A stretch of 64,000 nt of DNA from an uncultured bacterium (GTDB taxonomy: Bacteria; Fidelibacterota; Marinisomatia; Marinisomatales; UBA1611). A program made the position numbers and the translations under genes. The notes beneath the pieces were generated by a model. The model was not told where the DNA came from, made no database searches, and worked only from the letters and a program-made list of their open reading frames with translations. The number at the start of each line of letters is the position of its first letter. The stretch's first letter is position 1. This document shows, one piece after another, positions 1-8,999 of this stretch. The stretch lies in the NCBI GenBank assembly GCA_943788175.1, contig CALSPG010000005.1, positions 384,001 to 448,000 of the forward strand. Direction: 5' to 3'.

Positions 1-508
1 CTTTTATTTTCTTGGATATGACTTTACTGGTGGAATTCCTGAAGGTGACGGTCCAATAATAAAAGTAAATGTTCAAATGTCTCAAAATATAAATAACCCA
101 AATGTTATGCTACTTTTTGAAGAAGTAAGTGGAGGAGATGCTGGTGCGAATTCGATAACGGCCGCTTCTCAGGGTCTGGGCTTATTTACTAACAGTACTC
201 TTTCAGCTAATGGAGAAACAAGTTTGCCTTCGGAGTATACGTTGCATGCAAATTATCCGAACCCATTTAACCCTTCAACTGTTATCACCTATGATTTAGC
301 CGGTCAGGGTCATGTAGACCTTTCGATTTACAACGTTGTTGGTAAAAAAGTAAAAACGATTGTAAATAAAAATGAAACCGCCGGTAGGAAAGTAGCTGTC
401 TGGTACGGTGTCGATGATAGTGGTAATTCATTGAGTGCTGGTATGTATTTTTACAGACTTACAGCTGGAGCTAAAGTATTTACAAAGAAGATGGTATTAA
501 TGAAATAG
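1..508 (+). CDS. 5'-truncated secreted protein: probable cohesin-like domain followed by a C-terminal sorting (T9SS type A/FlgD-Ig-like) domain
   Basis: Frame is open from position 2 (FYFLGYDFTGGIPEGDGPIIKV...); C-terminus NYPNPFNP...GMYFYRL...KKMVLMK. Confidence 0.75.
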   Translation, partial: FYFLGYDFTGGIPEGDGPIIKVNVQMSQNINNPNVMLLFEEVSGGDAGANSITAASQGLGLFTNSTLSANGETSLPSEYTLHANYPNPFNPSTVITYDLAGQGHVDLSIYNVVGKKVKTIVNKNETAGRKVAVWYGVDDSGNSLSAGMYFYRLTAGAKVFTKKMVLMK

Positions 509-527
509 TACTTAAGATTTTTTAAAT

Positions 528-557
528 AAAAAGGGCACATGATAGTGCCCTTTTTTT
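528..557 (+). terminator. Rho-independent terminator
   Basis: AAAAAGGGCAC-ATGATA-GTGCCC followed by T7. Confidence 0.85.
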
Positions 558-572
558 ATAATTTTAGTGTAT

Positions 573-655
573 GCCGCGGTGGTGGAATTGGTAGACACGC
601 TAGATTTAGGATCTAGTGCACATTGTGCGTGAAGGTTCGAGCCCTTTCCGCGGTA
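573..655 (+). tRNA. tRNA-Leu (anticodon TAG), CCA not encoded
   Basis: Acceptor stem GCCGCGG/CCGCGGT, D-loop TGGTAGAC, anticodon arm CTAGA-TTTAGGA-TCTAG, long variable arm, T-loop TTCGAGC. Confidence 0.95.
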
Positions 656-664
656 CTTTTCGAG

Positions 665-691
665 AGACCTCACTTTTAGTGGGGTTTTTTA
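665..691 (+). terminator. Rho-independent terminator after the tRNA
   Basis: AGACCTCAC-TTTTA-GTGGGGTTT running into a T-tract. Confidence 0.7.
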
Positions 692-758
692 CTGGATAAA
701 AATAACTTTAAACCAATCTATAACTATATAACAATGAGCTAGTAAACAAAGGACAGTT

Positions 759-2978
759 ATGTACAAAATCAAACCAAATTTATTCATTTTTACTTTTCTG
801 GCTATATGCTTTGGTGCTGATATTTATGCTCCAAAATCTTTCAGTTCGATAATGTCGGATGCGACTAATAAGCTATGGACTCCAGTTTCAGTAACTGCTG
901 TTGAAAACAGAGCTCATGTTATTATGATTGATAATACCGGATCATACTGCTTAAAAGTAGGCTCAGATATCAAAGGTAGTTTAGCTGTAGGTAATGTAAG
1001 CTATTTAAAAGATGGAACTGCTACTTATGGAGATGCGCTGCAATCTATGTTTCAAATTCTAGATATGAATACTTCTTCACTTGCCACAAGCAGCCTCTCT
1101 GGTACTTACACAATTCATCCTGAACTTGCCTCTTATTACGCTGTCGATGCTGATGGAATCTCGTTGACTATTCGAGACAAATCTTCTTTTTATCAATCGG
1201 GAGAGGCTATTTCTGCTTATTTAGTATTTACGATAACTGATGCTGGTCAATCTTCTGTTTCTTATACCATTAAAGCATCTTCAAGATATGTTTACAATGC
1301 AAGTACAAGTGCATTTGCAATTGATAATAGCTGGAACCAAAGTCAATGGATAAAACTAAATACAGATATGACGGTTGTGCTGACGTCTGTTGAATCTGAG
1401 GCGACAGCTTGGACGTTGGCTAGCGCAAGGGACTTAATTGATATTGGCGTTGATCAAGCTAGTGAATTTAATCCTGGTAGTACATCATGGCAGACAAACT
1501 CGTTCGCTGCTTATCCAGTGGATCAAAACACTGGCGATCTTGCTGTATGGAACTACGATGATAGTCCTCTTAAAACAAACCAATTTTATAATAATGTTGA
1601 TGATGATTATCAAAATCAGCTTGGGCATTCCACAACAGCTGATGCAGCGGCTAGCGCCGTATTAAGCGTTATTGATCAAAATTTATCTAACATGGGAGAA
1701 TCGCTTCGCTATTCGAAAGAAACGTATATCGCTTTTAGGAGTGCTTTACTTGAAAATGATTTTAGCAGTGTAGATGTATATAACGCTAAGCTTGGTGAAA
1801 GAGCAGTTGAGCATGTTTATTTTACAAGCTCTTATGATGATGACGGGGTTTATCATCCTTTTATGGTGATTGCAACCCATAATGCTCCTTCAGGTCCTCA
1901 GTTTTTAATTGATGTTGCTAGGCCTCCGGGAGACGGAACACCAGGTACTAACTATGACCAGCAAACGGTTACTAGAAATGCTGTTTTAGAACAAAAGTTG
2001 GTCAAGATTCCGTTAAAAGATTATGGTTTAGTCTCCACGTTATTGGATAATGATTTAACTCCTTATGGAACGCTTGGATCAGATGCAAACCTTTCGCAGT
2101 CCGATTGGGATGTTGATAATTATACGAGCCTTTCTTCCACAGGTATTGCAGTCGATGGGGTAATTATTTATCCTTCATCAAACAACGTTCTGATCTACGC
2201 ATCCTTAGCTGCGGAGATAACATCCACAGGTATTCATGTTGGTAGAGGTATGGGGTTTCACTATCATGCAGATGGACACGGATTCAATGGGAATGGGATT
2301 AATCTCTACAACGCGAGCGATTATGATGGGCATAGTCATCCTCCGTTAATTGGTTTTGTTTTTGATGGAATTGCGCTATTTGGGAAAAATGATGAGGGGA
2401 CTACTCAGCTAGATGGAGTATCAGAAACTCTTGATGAATATGGTGGCCATGCTCATGATGATTATGGCTATCACTATCATGCTCATTCGGGTACAACAAC
2501 TCAGCAAAATGGTCCAAATACGCACACCTTTAATCAGAATTTTTTACAAAAAGGAGCATTCAAAGGATTGATAAATGATGTTCCTGGATTTTTAAATGTA
2601 AACACAAATCAGTTTATGGATAATGATATCAAGCGTTATGTTGGTGGTTCTGGGACGTCTGTTTTAGAGCATGATATTAATTCTGATCAATTAATACCTA
2701 GTAAGGTTACAATTTATCAAAACTATCCAAACCCATTTAATCCTATCACGTCTTTGCGATATGATTTACCAGAGGATGGCTTAGTTAACGTTACAATCTA
2801 TGACATGATGGGTAGAATCGTAAAAACAGTTATAAATAGTTCACAAAGAGCAGGGTATAATTCAGTTCAGTGGAATGCTACAAATGACCTAGCACAATCA
2901 GTTTCTGCGGGTTTGTATATTTATAGAATTCAAGTTGGAGCGTTTAGCGAGACCAAGAAGATGGTGCTCTTAAAGTAG
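759..2978 (+). CDS. Secreted YHYH-domain protein with C-terminal sorting domain
   Basis: Signal peptide; GIAVDGVIIY, FHYHADG, PPLIGFVFDGIALFG and LDEYGGHAH..YHYHA motifs; NYPNPFNP C-terminal domain. Confidence 0.8.
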   Translation: MYKIKPNLFIFTFLAICFGADIYAPKSFSSIMSDATNKLWTPVSVTAVENRAHVIMIDNTGSYCLKVGSDIKGSLAVGNVSYLKDGTATYGDALQSMFQILDMNTSSLATSSLSGTYTIHPELASYYAVDADGISLTIRDKSSFYQSGEAISAYLVFTITDAGQSSVSYTIKASSRYVYNASTSAFAIDNSWNQSQWIKLNTDMTVVLTSVESEATAWTLASARDLIDIGVDQASEFNPGSTSWQTNSFAAYPVDQNTGDLAVWNYDDSPLKTNQFYNNVDDDYQNQLGHSTTADAAASAVLSVIDQNLSNMGESLRYSKETYIAFRSALLENDFSSVDVYNAKLGERAVEHVYFTSSYDDDGVYHPFMVIATHNAPSGPQFLIDVARPPGDGTPGTNYDQQTVTRNAVLEQKLVKIPLKDYGLVSTLLDNDLTPYGTLGSDANLSQSDWDVDNYTSLSSTGIAVDGVIIYPSSNNVLIYASLAAEITSTGIHVGRGMGFHYHADGHGFNGNGINLYNASDYDGHSHPPLIGFVFDGIALFGKNDEGTTQLDGVSETLDEYGGHAHDDYGYHYHAHSGTTTQQNGPNTHTFNQNFLQKGAFKGLINDVPGFLNVNTNQFMDNDIKRYVGGSGTSVLEHDINSDQLIPSKVTIYQNYPNPFNPITSLRYDLPEDGLVNVTIYDMMGRIVKTVINSSQRAGYNSVQWNATNDLAQSVSAGLYIYRIQVGAFSETKKMVLLK

Positions 2979-2996
2979 ATAATTTTTTTCAAAATC

Positions 2997-3023
2997 AAGC
3001 CTCGCTTTTTGCGGGGCTTTTTT
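2997..3023 (+). terminator. Rho-independent terminator
   Basis: AAGCCTCGC-TTTTT-GCGGGGCTT plus T-tract. Confidence 0.8.
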
Positions 3024-3082
3024 GTTTATGATATAACCTTGTTATTTCAGATCATATTAGTACAGAATATTTATTTTTGTGT

Positions 3083-3601
3083 TTACGTATACAGCATAAT
3101 AAATATTATAATTCCTGTTACAGAGACATACATCCAAATAGGGAAAGTAATTTTTGCGATTTTTTTATGTTGTTGGATTTGCAATACCATACCTCTATAA
3201 ACGCTAATCATGGCTAAGGGTAAAATAGACATTGCAAGAATAATGTGTGTTAAGAGTACCGGATAATAAATAAAAGTTAGATCTCCAGTGTATGGTTTAG
3301 GACCGCTTTTAAACCAGTGGTAGACAACATAGCTAACAAGGAATAAAGCCGAAGTAAAAAAAGCAGAAAGCATTACGCTTCTATGCTTCTCACGTTTTTT
3401 TTGTCGTATTAAGACGTAACCAATAATGAGCAATATAGTTGTAATTAAATTCAATAAGGCGTTTAAGTATGGCAGTGAGGAAACATCTATAGAACCCTCG
3501 ATTCCTTCCGGCCTAGGACCTAGTATCAAAAAGGCTACTGCCAGACTCAAGACAGCGGATAAAATATAAATTATTTTTAACCAAAAATTTTCTTTTTCCA
3601 T
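3083..3601 (-). CDS. DUF420 / CtaM-like membrane protein (oxidase assembly)
   Basis: LPYLNALLN, HRSVMLSAF, LFLVSYVVYH, HKKIAKITFPIWMYVSVTG; follows ctaB. Confidence 0.85.
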   Translation of the reverse strand: MEKENFWLKIIYILSAVLSLAVAFLILGPRPEGIEGSIDVSSLPYLNALLNLITTILLIIGYVLIRQKKREKHRSVMLSAFFTSALFLVSYVVYHWFKSGPKPYTGDLTFIYYPVLLTHIILAMSILPLAMISVYRGMVLQIQQHKKIAKITFPIWMYVSVTGIIIFIMLYT

Positions 3602-3606
3602 AATTA

Positions 3607-4488
3607 TTATCTATTTAAGTCAATGAAGATTATGATTAGAAGTGCTGGAAGATAAATAACCGAAGTTTTTAGAAGGAGTTTTGCGTTATCGATCGTTGTA
3701 TCTCTTAAAAGAGGTATTCCAGAAATCAGATAGGCAATTCCTAATGCCAATGCTCCCCAGAAATAAAAATTACCTAAAATTCCAGTTACAACAAAAAACA
3801 GGGAGACTGGGATTAGTAAAAATGCGTGCCATAATATTTGCCGATTTGTTCTAAAGTTTTCTTTTTCAATAACAGGAAGCATTTTAAATCCTGCTTTTGC
3901 ATAATCCTTTTTGCACATTAATGCGATTGCATAAAAATGAGGATGTTGCCATAAAAATAAAATTGAAAAAAGGATCCAAGCATTAGGATCTAATTGATTT
4001 GCTGACGCAGCCCAACCGCCCAAAGCAGGCATCGCTCCTGGAATAGCACCAATTGTGGTATTGAGCCATGTAATTCTTTTGAGCGGAGTGTAAACAAAAA
4101 TATATAACAATACAGTAAATAGGCCAAGTATTCCGCTTAGTAAATTTATTGCAAAGCAAAGAATTAATAGTCCAAAGATAGACAGAATCAATCCAAAGTA
4201 AAGTGCAGTTGAAGCCATTATTAATCCAGACGGGATTGGTCTAGATTTAGTTCTATCCATTAATTTATCAAGGTCTCTTTCTACATAATGGTTAATTGCA
4301 CCAGCTCCGCCAGACAAAAGTGCAGTTCCAAACATTGTTAGAAAGAAATTGTAAATATTTGTGTTTCCCGTGTTTCCTAAGTAGTAGCCTAGGGCTGTAG
4401 AAACAAGTATGAGCATGGTTATTCTAGGTTTTGTCAGCTCGAAAAATGCACTAAATTGATTTTGTGCTTGTAGTGGTTTTCTTTTCAT
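3607..4488 (-). CDS. ctaB: Heme O synthase (protoheme IX farnesyltransferase)
   Basis: ELTKPRI, ERDLDKLMDRTKSRPIPSG, YTPLKR, WQHPHFYAIA, DYAKAGFKMLP. Confidence 0.95.
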   Translation of the reverse strand: MKRKPLQAQNQFSAFFELTKPRITMLILVSTALGYYLGNTGNTNIYNFFLTMFGTALLSGGAGAINHYVERDLDKLMDRTKSRPIPSGLIMASTALYFGLILSIFGLLILCFAINLLSGILGLFTVLLYIFVYTPLKRITWLNTTIGAIPGAMPALGGWAASANQLDPNAWILFSILFLWQHPHFYAIALMCKKDYAKAGFKMLPVIEKENFRTNRQILWHAFLLIPVSLFFVVTGILGNFYFWGALALGIAYLISGIPLLRDTTIDNAKLLLKTSVIYLPALLIIIFIDLNR

Positions 4489-5090
4489 GCATTTTTACTA
4501 AAGTTTTTTAAAAAAGAATTTATATGATTTCTAAGTATTGATATGCTACCTTTATCTGTTCCATTATAATACTGTCTAATATTGCCTTCTTCATCAATCA
4601 ATACAAATTTTACTGAATGGCCTGCTGGCAAGCTCTCGGACATAAACATAAATCCTTCTTTGTTCAGTTTTTTAACACTCTCCATATCTGTTCTTAGAAA
4701 TTTCCAGCGTTCATCGTCCACGCCGTTGGCATCAGCATATAATTTTAAAACATCTTGAGTATCGTATTCTGGGTCTACTGATATGGATATAAATTGCAAA
4801 TTTGGATGGAGCTTATATTGTTTATAGAGTGTGCGCATGTTACTTGACATAATAGGGCAAGGGCCAGGGCAACTAGTAAAAATAAAATCAAGAACAGAAA
4901 TTTTATTTTTTAAACTATCTTGATTAAACGGTGTTCCAGTATGGCTGGTCATTGAGAAGTCAGGTACTTTTTTTATAATTGATGGAAGTTCTTCTATTGA
5001 ATCATTCGCCTTTGATATAACCCAAGTCGCACTAATGCCAAGAAAGCTGATGATAGTGACAACGAAAATGATATAGCTTTTCTTGATCAT
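4485..5090 (-). CDS. SCO1/SenC copper chaperone
   Basis: FIFTSCPGPCP (CxxxC), SVDPEYDT, conserved His (GHS). Start moved to the ATG at 5090, which overlaps the ctaA stop (ATGA). Confidence 0.9.
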   Translation of the reverse strand: MIKKSYIIFVVTIISFLGISATWVISKANDSIEELPSIIKKVPDFSMTSHTGTPFNQDSLKNKISVLDFIFTSCPGPCPIMSSNMRTLYKQYKLHPNLQFISISVDPEYDTQDVLKLYADANGVDDERWKFLRTDMESVKKLNKEGFMFMSESLPAGHSVKFVLIDEEGNIRQYYNGTDKGSISILRNHINSFLKNFSKNA

Positions 5091-6016
5091 GGTTCCAGTG
5101 AAATTTTCCAAAAAGTAAATACAGATACAGTTAACCCAATTAAAAGGGATGAAAACCACATGTGAAATAATTGCATGAGCGGTTTCACATCAAAAAAGAC
5201 TAATGATTCTCCAAGTAGTATTTGAGTTACAATCAATATCATTATAGAGTTAACTGAATTTATCATAAATGGTGATGACCTAAATTTAATATCGTAAACA
5301 ATTTTTCTTAAGTAAAGTGTAAGGCCCAATAGTGAAAATCCTAAAATAGTATGGATGTATTTAAATGGTCCTAACATTTTTAGTAAAATAATACTTTCAA
5401 TAAGTGGATTGTCTTTTCTGCTCATATCAAGACCACCTCTAATTTCTGTTCCAATGATTATTTCAATAAAAAGACAAACTAATATTCCTACTATTACACT
5501 TTTTAAGTGAGGGTGATAATTACTGGATTTTTCAAAATTACCAACAATAAGATAATATGATTGTATAGAGCTGTAAATGATAAGTCCGATAATTATGAGT
5601 GCAAGTAGTAAATGAATAGTTATTGTTATTGGGTCAAGTACTGTATCGACCAATTTAGCTCCAACCCAGCCTTCAAGAAGGGTCAAGAAAAAAGCAACAG
5701 ATATAGATAACAAAACATGTTTAGATTTTTTAAAATGTAGATACCCCAGTACAAATGTTATCAAAATAATGAAACCTACTAAAGCGCCAAAAAGTCTATT
5801 GAGGTATTCGACCCATGCAAGCACTAAATTGAATTTTTCCGGGTCAATGTAATCCGGTAATTGACTTAAGCTTGTTGGTGGAATCCATCTTCCGAAACAT
5901 CTCGGCCAATCAGGACAACCCATTCCTGCGCCAGACACTCGTACGAGTCCACCTATGAAAATAAGTAGATATGTAAATACCATTGATAAAATTGAAAATT
6001 GAAAATATCTTTGCAT
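5087..6016 (-). CDS. ctaA: Heme A synthase (COX15/CtaA)
   Basis: GGLVRVSGAGMGCPDWPRC, WVEYLNRLFG, 8 predicted TM helices; likely ATG start at 6016. Confidence 0.9.
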   Translation of the reverse strand: MQRYFQFSILSMVFTYLLIFIGGLVRVSGAGMGCPDWPRCFGRWIPPTSLSQLPDYIDPEKFNLVLAWVEYLNRLFGALVGFIILITFVLGYLHFKKSKHVLLSISVAFFLTLLEGWVGAKLVDTVLDPITITIHLLLALIIIGLIIYSSIQSYYLIVGNFEKSSNYHPHLKSVIVGILVCLFIEIIIGTEIRGGLDMSRKDNPLIESIILLKMLGPFKYIHTILGFSLLGLTLYLRKIVYDIKFRSSPFMINSVNSIMILIVTQILLGESLVFFDVKPLMQLFHMWFSSLLIGLTVSVFTFWKISLEP

Positions 6017-6142
6017 ATTAAGGTTATAAATTATGTACCAAACGCCCAATAAATCTTAGTACTTTTATTATCGTTTTATAATTGACCTTTATGGTAATAT
6101 TATGACTAATATTTTGTGTCAATAAAATAAATTAATTAAATA

Positions 6143-7645
6143 ATGTCGAAACCTTTAAACCAAATTGAACTTGGGACTTCTTGTTTTGTGAAAGAGTCAG
6201 GACAACCAGGCACTTTGCAAAGGATTTTCTATTATCCTACTAAATATTTAGTCAAAACTGATGATGGTGAATTCCAATATTATTCAACCCATGAAATTAC
6301 ATTTGAGGGCTATGATCGACCAAAAACCAGTTTAAGTATACCAGATGTTCCCTATGATGGGGTTGGTTCCAATTATGCTGTGTGGGTACCTTTTCAAGCG
6401 GAAAGTCAGGTCGAGCATCACTTCTTGAGCAGTAAGCAGATTGTATGGGAAATGATTACTTCACTAGAATTATATAATGTTTGGTTTGATGGCATTCAGA
6501 GAGCTATCCCAGACGTTACCTCTGAACGATATGTCCATAAATTTTCTTTTGATAAGTTACCTTTAAAACCAGGGGCTTATTTTAAAATAAGACCAGCTAC
6601 TTTAGCTCCTTGGTTTAGATGTAGAATTATTACAATAGAGAAAGAAAAAGAATTTGGTTTTGATTTTCAGATGAATCCTTTTTATAGTGAATACGTTTCT
6701 TTTAAGATTGAAGAGTCTAAAAATGGTGTTTTTGTTATTTGTAATAGATTTAGTAAAGGGCCATTGTCATTTCTAGCACTGTTTAATTGGAACAAGGGAA
6801 AATCAAAAATTTTACAGAAACTTGCCGAAATTACGCCCACTGTTGAATTAAAAGAGGATGATAGTTCTAACGTTTTAGATAGTTCAGCAAAAGAACCTCA
6901 ACTTAATAGAGAACAAACTATTGCTTTTGTTGTGAACAAATCCTTAGATGGTGATAATGATCCTTTAAATGCTTTATCCGATAAAGTAACCAGAGGAAAA
7001 GCAAAAGCATTTTTAGTTAAAATTAAAAGAGGCTCAGCTGAAAGGCCGGCTATGCCGGACCTAAGCCAAGCTGCACCTGCTTCGGTGCAAAGTAATACCG
7101 AATTATCGCAAGAACAGACGATTGCTCTAGTAGTCAATAATTCTTTAGACGGTAATAATGACCCTCTAAATGCAATTGAGGATAAAGTAACCAGAGGTAA
7201 AGCTAAGGCTTTATTAGTTAAAATTAAGCGTGGTACTGCTGAGAGGCCTCCAATGCCAGATCTCTCTTCATCGGTCGAACCTAGCAATGCTCCAGAAGGA
7301 GCTGAGCTTTCGCCAGATCAGGTTTTTGCTATTGCTGTAAACAAAGGTGCAGATGGTGATATGGAAGCAGTCAATGCAATTGAGGATAGAGTAACCAGAG
7401 GTAAAGCTAAAGCCTTGTTAGTTAAAATTAAAAGAGGTTCTGCCGAAGTTCCTCCGATGCCAAATATTTTATCGTCTGAAAAAGCCCCAGTTAATGAAAA
7501 AAAATCAGAAAGTGAAGACGAAATGATAGATAGGCTAGTAGCTGCTGGTGTGGGAGGAGATATGGAAGAAATTAACAGTTTAGAAAGCAGGGTCTTGAGA
7601 GGCAAAATAAAAGCTGCTATTGTAAAGGCAAAGAGAAAGAAATAA
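6143..7645 (+). CDS. SRPBCC/START-like domain protein with four C-terminal ~67-aa repeats
   Basis: VWEMITSLELYNVWF is typical of SRPBCC; repeated GD.dplNai.DkVtRGKAKAlLVKIKRG unit. Confidence 0.6.
   Translation: MSKPLNQIELGTSCFVKESGQPGTLQRIFYYPTKYLVKTDDGEFQYYSTHEITFEGYDRPKTSLSIPDVPYDGVGSNYAVWVPFQAESQVEHHFLSSKQIVWEMITSLELYNVWFDGIQRAIPDVTSERYVHKFSFDKLPLKPGAYFKIRPATLAPWFRCRIITIEKEKEFGFDFQMNPFYSEYVSFKIEESKNGVFVICNRFSKGPLSFLALFNWNKGKSKILQKLAEITPTVELKEDDSSNVLDSSAKEPQLNREQTIAFVVNKSLDGDNDPLNALSDKVTRGKAKAFLVKIKRGSAERPAMPDLSQAAPASVQSNTELSQEQTIALVVNNSLDGNNDPLNAIEDKVTRGKAKALLVKIKRGTAERPPMPDLSSSVEPSNAPEGAELSPDQVFAIAVNKGADGDMEAVNAIEDRVTRGKAKALLVKIKRGSAEVPPMPNILSSEKAPVNEKKSESEDEMIDRLVAAGVGGDMEEINSLESRVLRGKIKAAIVKAKRKK
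6902..7642 (+). repeat. Intragenic tandem repeat, 4 units with a 201-204 nt period
   Basis: Units start at about 6902, 7103, 7307 and 7508; the core gtaaccagagg.aaagc.aa.gc...tagttaaaattaa occurs in units 1-3 and is degenerate in unit 4. Confidence 0.9.
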
Positions 7646-7650
7646 TCGTT

Positions 7651-7758
7651 ATGGATGACGAAAAGTATTATCGCATGTCTTTCTCTCAACTTTTTTCCCT
7701 TGTAATTTGTACGTTACTACTTATCATTTATGTCTCTCTAGTCACATGGGTATTATAA
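7651..7758 (+). CDS. Putative 35-aa single-pass membrane protein
   Basis: MDDEKYYRMSFSQLFSLVICTLLLIIYVSLVTWVL*, starting 5 nt after the upstream stop. Confidence 0.4.
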   Translation: MDDEKYYRMSFSQLFSLVICTLLLIIYVSLVTWVL

Positions 7759-7782
7759 CAATTGAATTTTGATTGGTTTACA

Positions 7783-7906
7783 ATGTCTTGGTTGCAGCAA
7801 AATCTTGAATGGGCAGTAGGGCTTTTATTAGTAAGTATTATTATTTTGTTTTTTTTTCCCACTTTTGTTAGGTCATCAGCTTAAAGAAGAAGAAGATAAA
7901 AAATGA
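7783..7906 (+). CDS. Putative ~40-aa single-pass membrane protein (probable extra base at the T9 run)
   Basis: MSWLQQNLEWAVGLLLVSIIILFF. As written it stops at 7884; removing one base gives ...PLLLGHQLKEEEDKK*, whose TGA overlaps the next ATG. Confidence 0.4.
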
Positions 7907-8073
7907 TTAGTACGAATGGCTCTCTACCAATAATATCGATTCTAATTTTAATTTTTTCTATGCTCCTTATATCAGAAGTTTTTAAGTTGAAAAAGATTCA
8001 GAGAAGGTTGGTTAAAAAATTTGATATCCTTCGTAAAGATCTCGACGTTTTGAAAGATAAAAAAGAAGATTAG
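7903..8073 (+). CDS. Putative 56-aa single-pass membrane protein with charged tail
   Basis: MISTNGSLPIISILILIFSMLLISEVFKLKKIQRRLVKKFDILRKDLDVLKDKKED*. Confidence 0.5.
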   Translation: MISTNGSLPIISILILIFSMLLISEVFKLKKIQRRLVKKFDILRKDLDVLKDKKED

Positions 8074-8112
8074 ACTATTGAGTTTTTTTAGTATTTCTCA
8101 GTAATATAATGA

Positions 8113-8997
8113 ATGGATGATATAAAAACAGATCAACAAAAGAAGAGCGAAAATAGCAGGATATATGTCCTATTTTACTCTTTCTTTTTAATACCTTTTA
8201 TGATAGCTGTTTTTGGAGCGGTATTTTTCTTGCTATTCAAATTTGTTACTTACGAAACAAACGATGTTGAAAAATTATTAAACCAAGTAAAAATTGGATC
8301 TGCATCTAAGAGGTGGCAGTCCGCATTTGAGCTTGCTAAGGTTTTAAATAATCCTGATAAAGATCCACTCTCTGCTTCTTTTAAGGATCAGCTTTCTTCG
8401 GCTTACACAAGATCTATTCACGACGATCCGCTAGTTAGGTCTTATTTAGCAATGGCCATGGGAGCGACGCAAGATACGATATTTGGACAGGATTTGATAT
8501 TGGGATTAAAGGATGAAAGCATTGAAACGAGAATCGCGGCGGTTCAAGCGCTGGGTATGATTCAGTATGCTCCTGCCGTTGATCCTATTAATAAATTAAT
8601 TCAATCTACAGATACTGAAACTGAAAGGTTGTCAGCTACAATATCGTTAGGTATGATTGGAGATAGTAAGGCGATTCCCTTCTTGGAAGTTTTGCTTGAG
8701 GATGAGGAGGCAAATATTCGATGGGATGCCGCAATCGCTCTAGCTAAAATGGGGAATAATAGCGGCGCTTATATAATTGAAGGTCTCTTAGACAGAGAGT
8801 ATTTAAATAAATTTAGTCAGATTGATCCTATTGAGCAGAAAAAAGTTCTAATGGTTGCAATAAAAACAGCTTCTATTTTGTTTGATAAAAGGTTCGAAGA
8901 TGATTTAATTTCATTATCTAAAAATGATGCAGATCTCAAAATTAGAGATGCTGCAATTAAAGCTTTGAAAAATAATTATAGTAATGGAACCAATTAA
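8113..8997 (+). CDS. Membrane-anchored HEAT-repeat protein
   Basis: N-terminal TM helix; repeats such as VRSYLAMAMG, TRIAAVQALG, IRWDAAIALAKMG. Confidence 0.85.
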   Translation: MDDIKTDQQKKSENSRIYVLFYSFFLIPFMIAVFGAVFFLLFKFVTYETNDVEKLLNQVKIGSASKRWQSAFELAKVLNNPDKDPLSASFKDQLSSAYTRSIHDDPLVRSYLAMAMGATQDTIFGQDLILGLKDESIETRIAAVQALGMIQYAPAVDPINKLIQSTDTETERLSATISLGMIGDSKAIPFLEVLLEDEEANIRWDAAIALAKMGNNSGAYIIEGLLDREYLNKFSQIDPIEQKKVLMVAIKTASILFDKRFEDDLISLSKNDADLKIRDAAIKALKNNYSNGTN

Positions 8998-8999
8998 TT

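Noticed and set aside
573-3023. Genomic island integrated at tRNA-Leu
   Set aside because: No integrase and no duplicated tRNA 3' end seen in the window
5091-5159. Extended ORF-track starts (SCO 5159, ferredoxin 16920, 31612, 39653, 60865, 62147)
   Set aside because: They overlap upstream genes or add implausible leaders; downstream starts give proper signal peptides or tight junctions
6898-7689. Antisense ORFs and a CRISPR-like interpretation of the repeats
   Set aside because: The repeats are in-frame coding units with synonymous variation and no unique spacers; the antisense ORFs are shadows of the + strand gene
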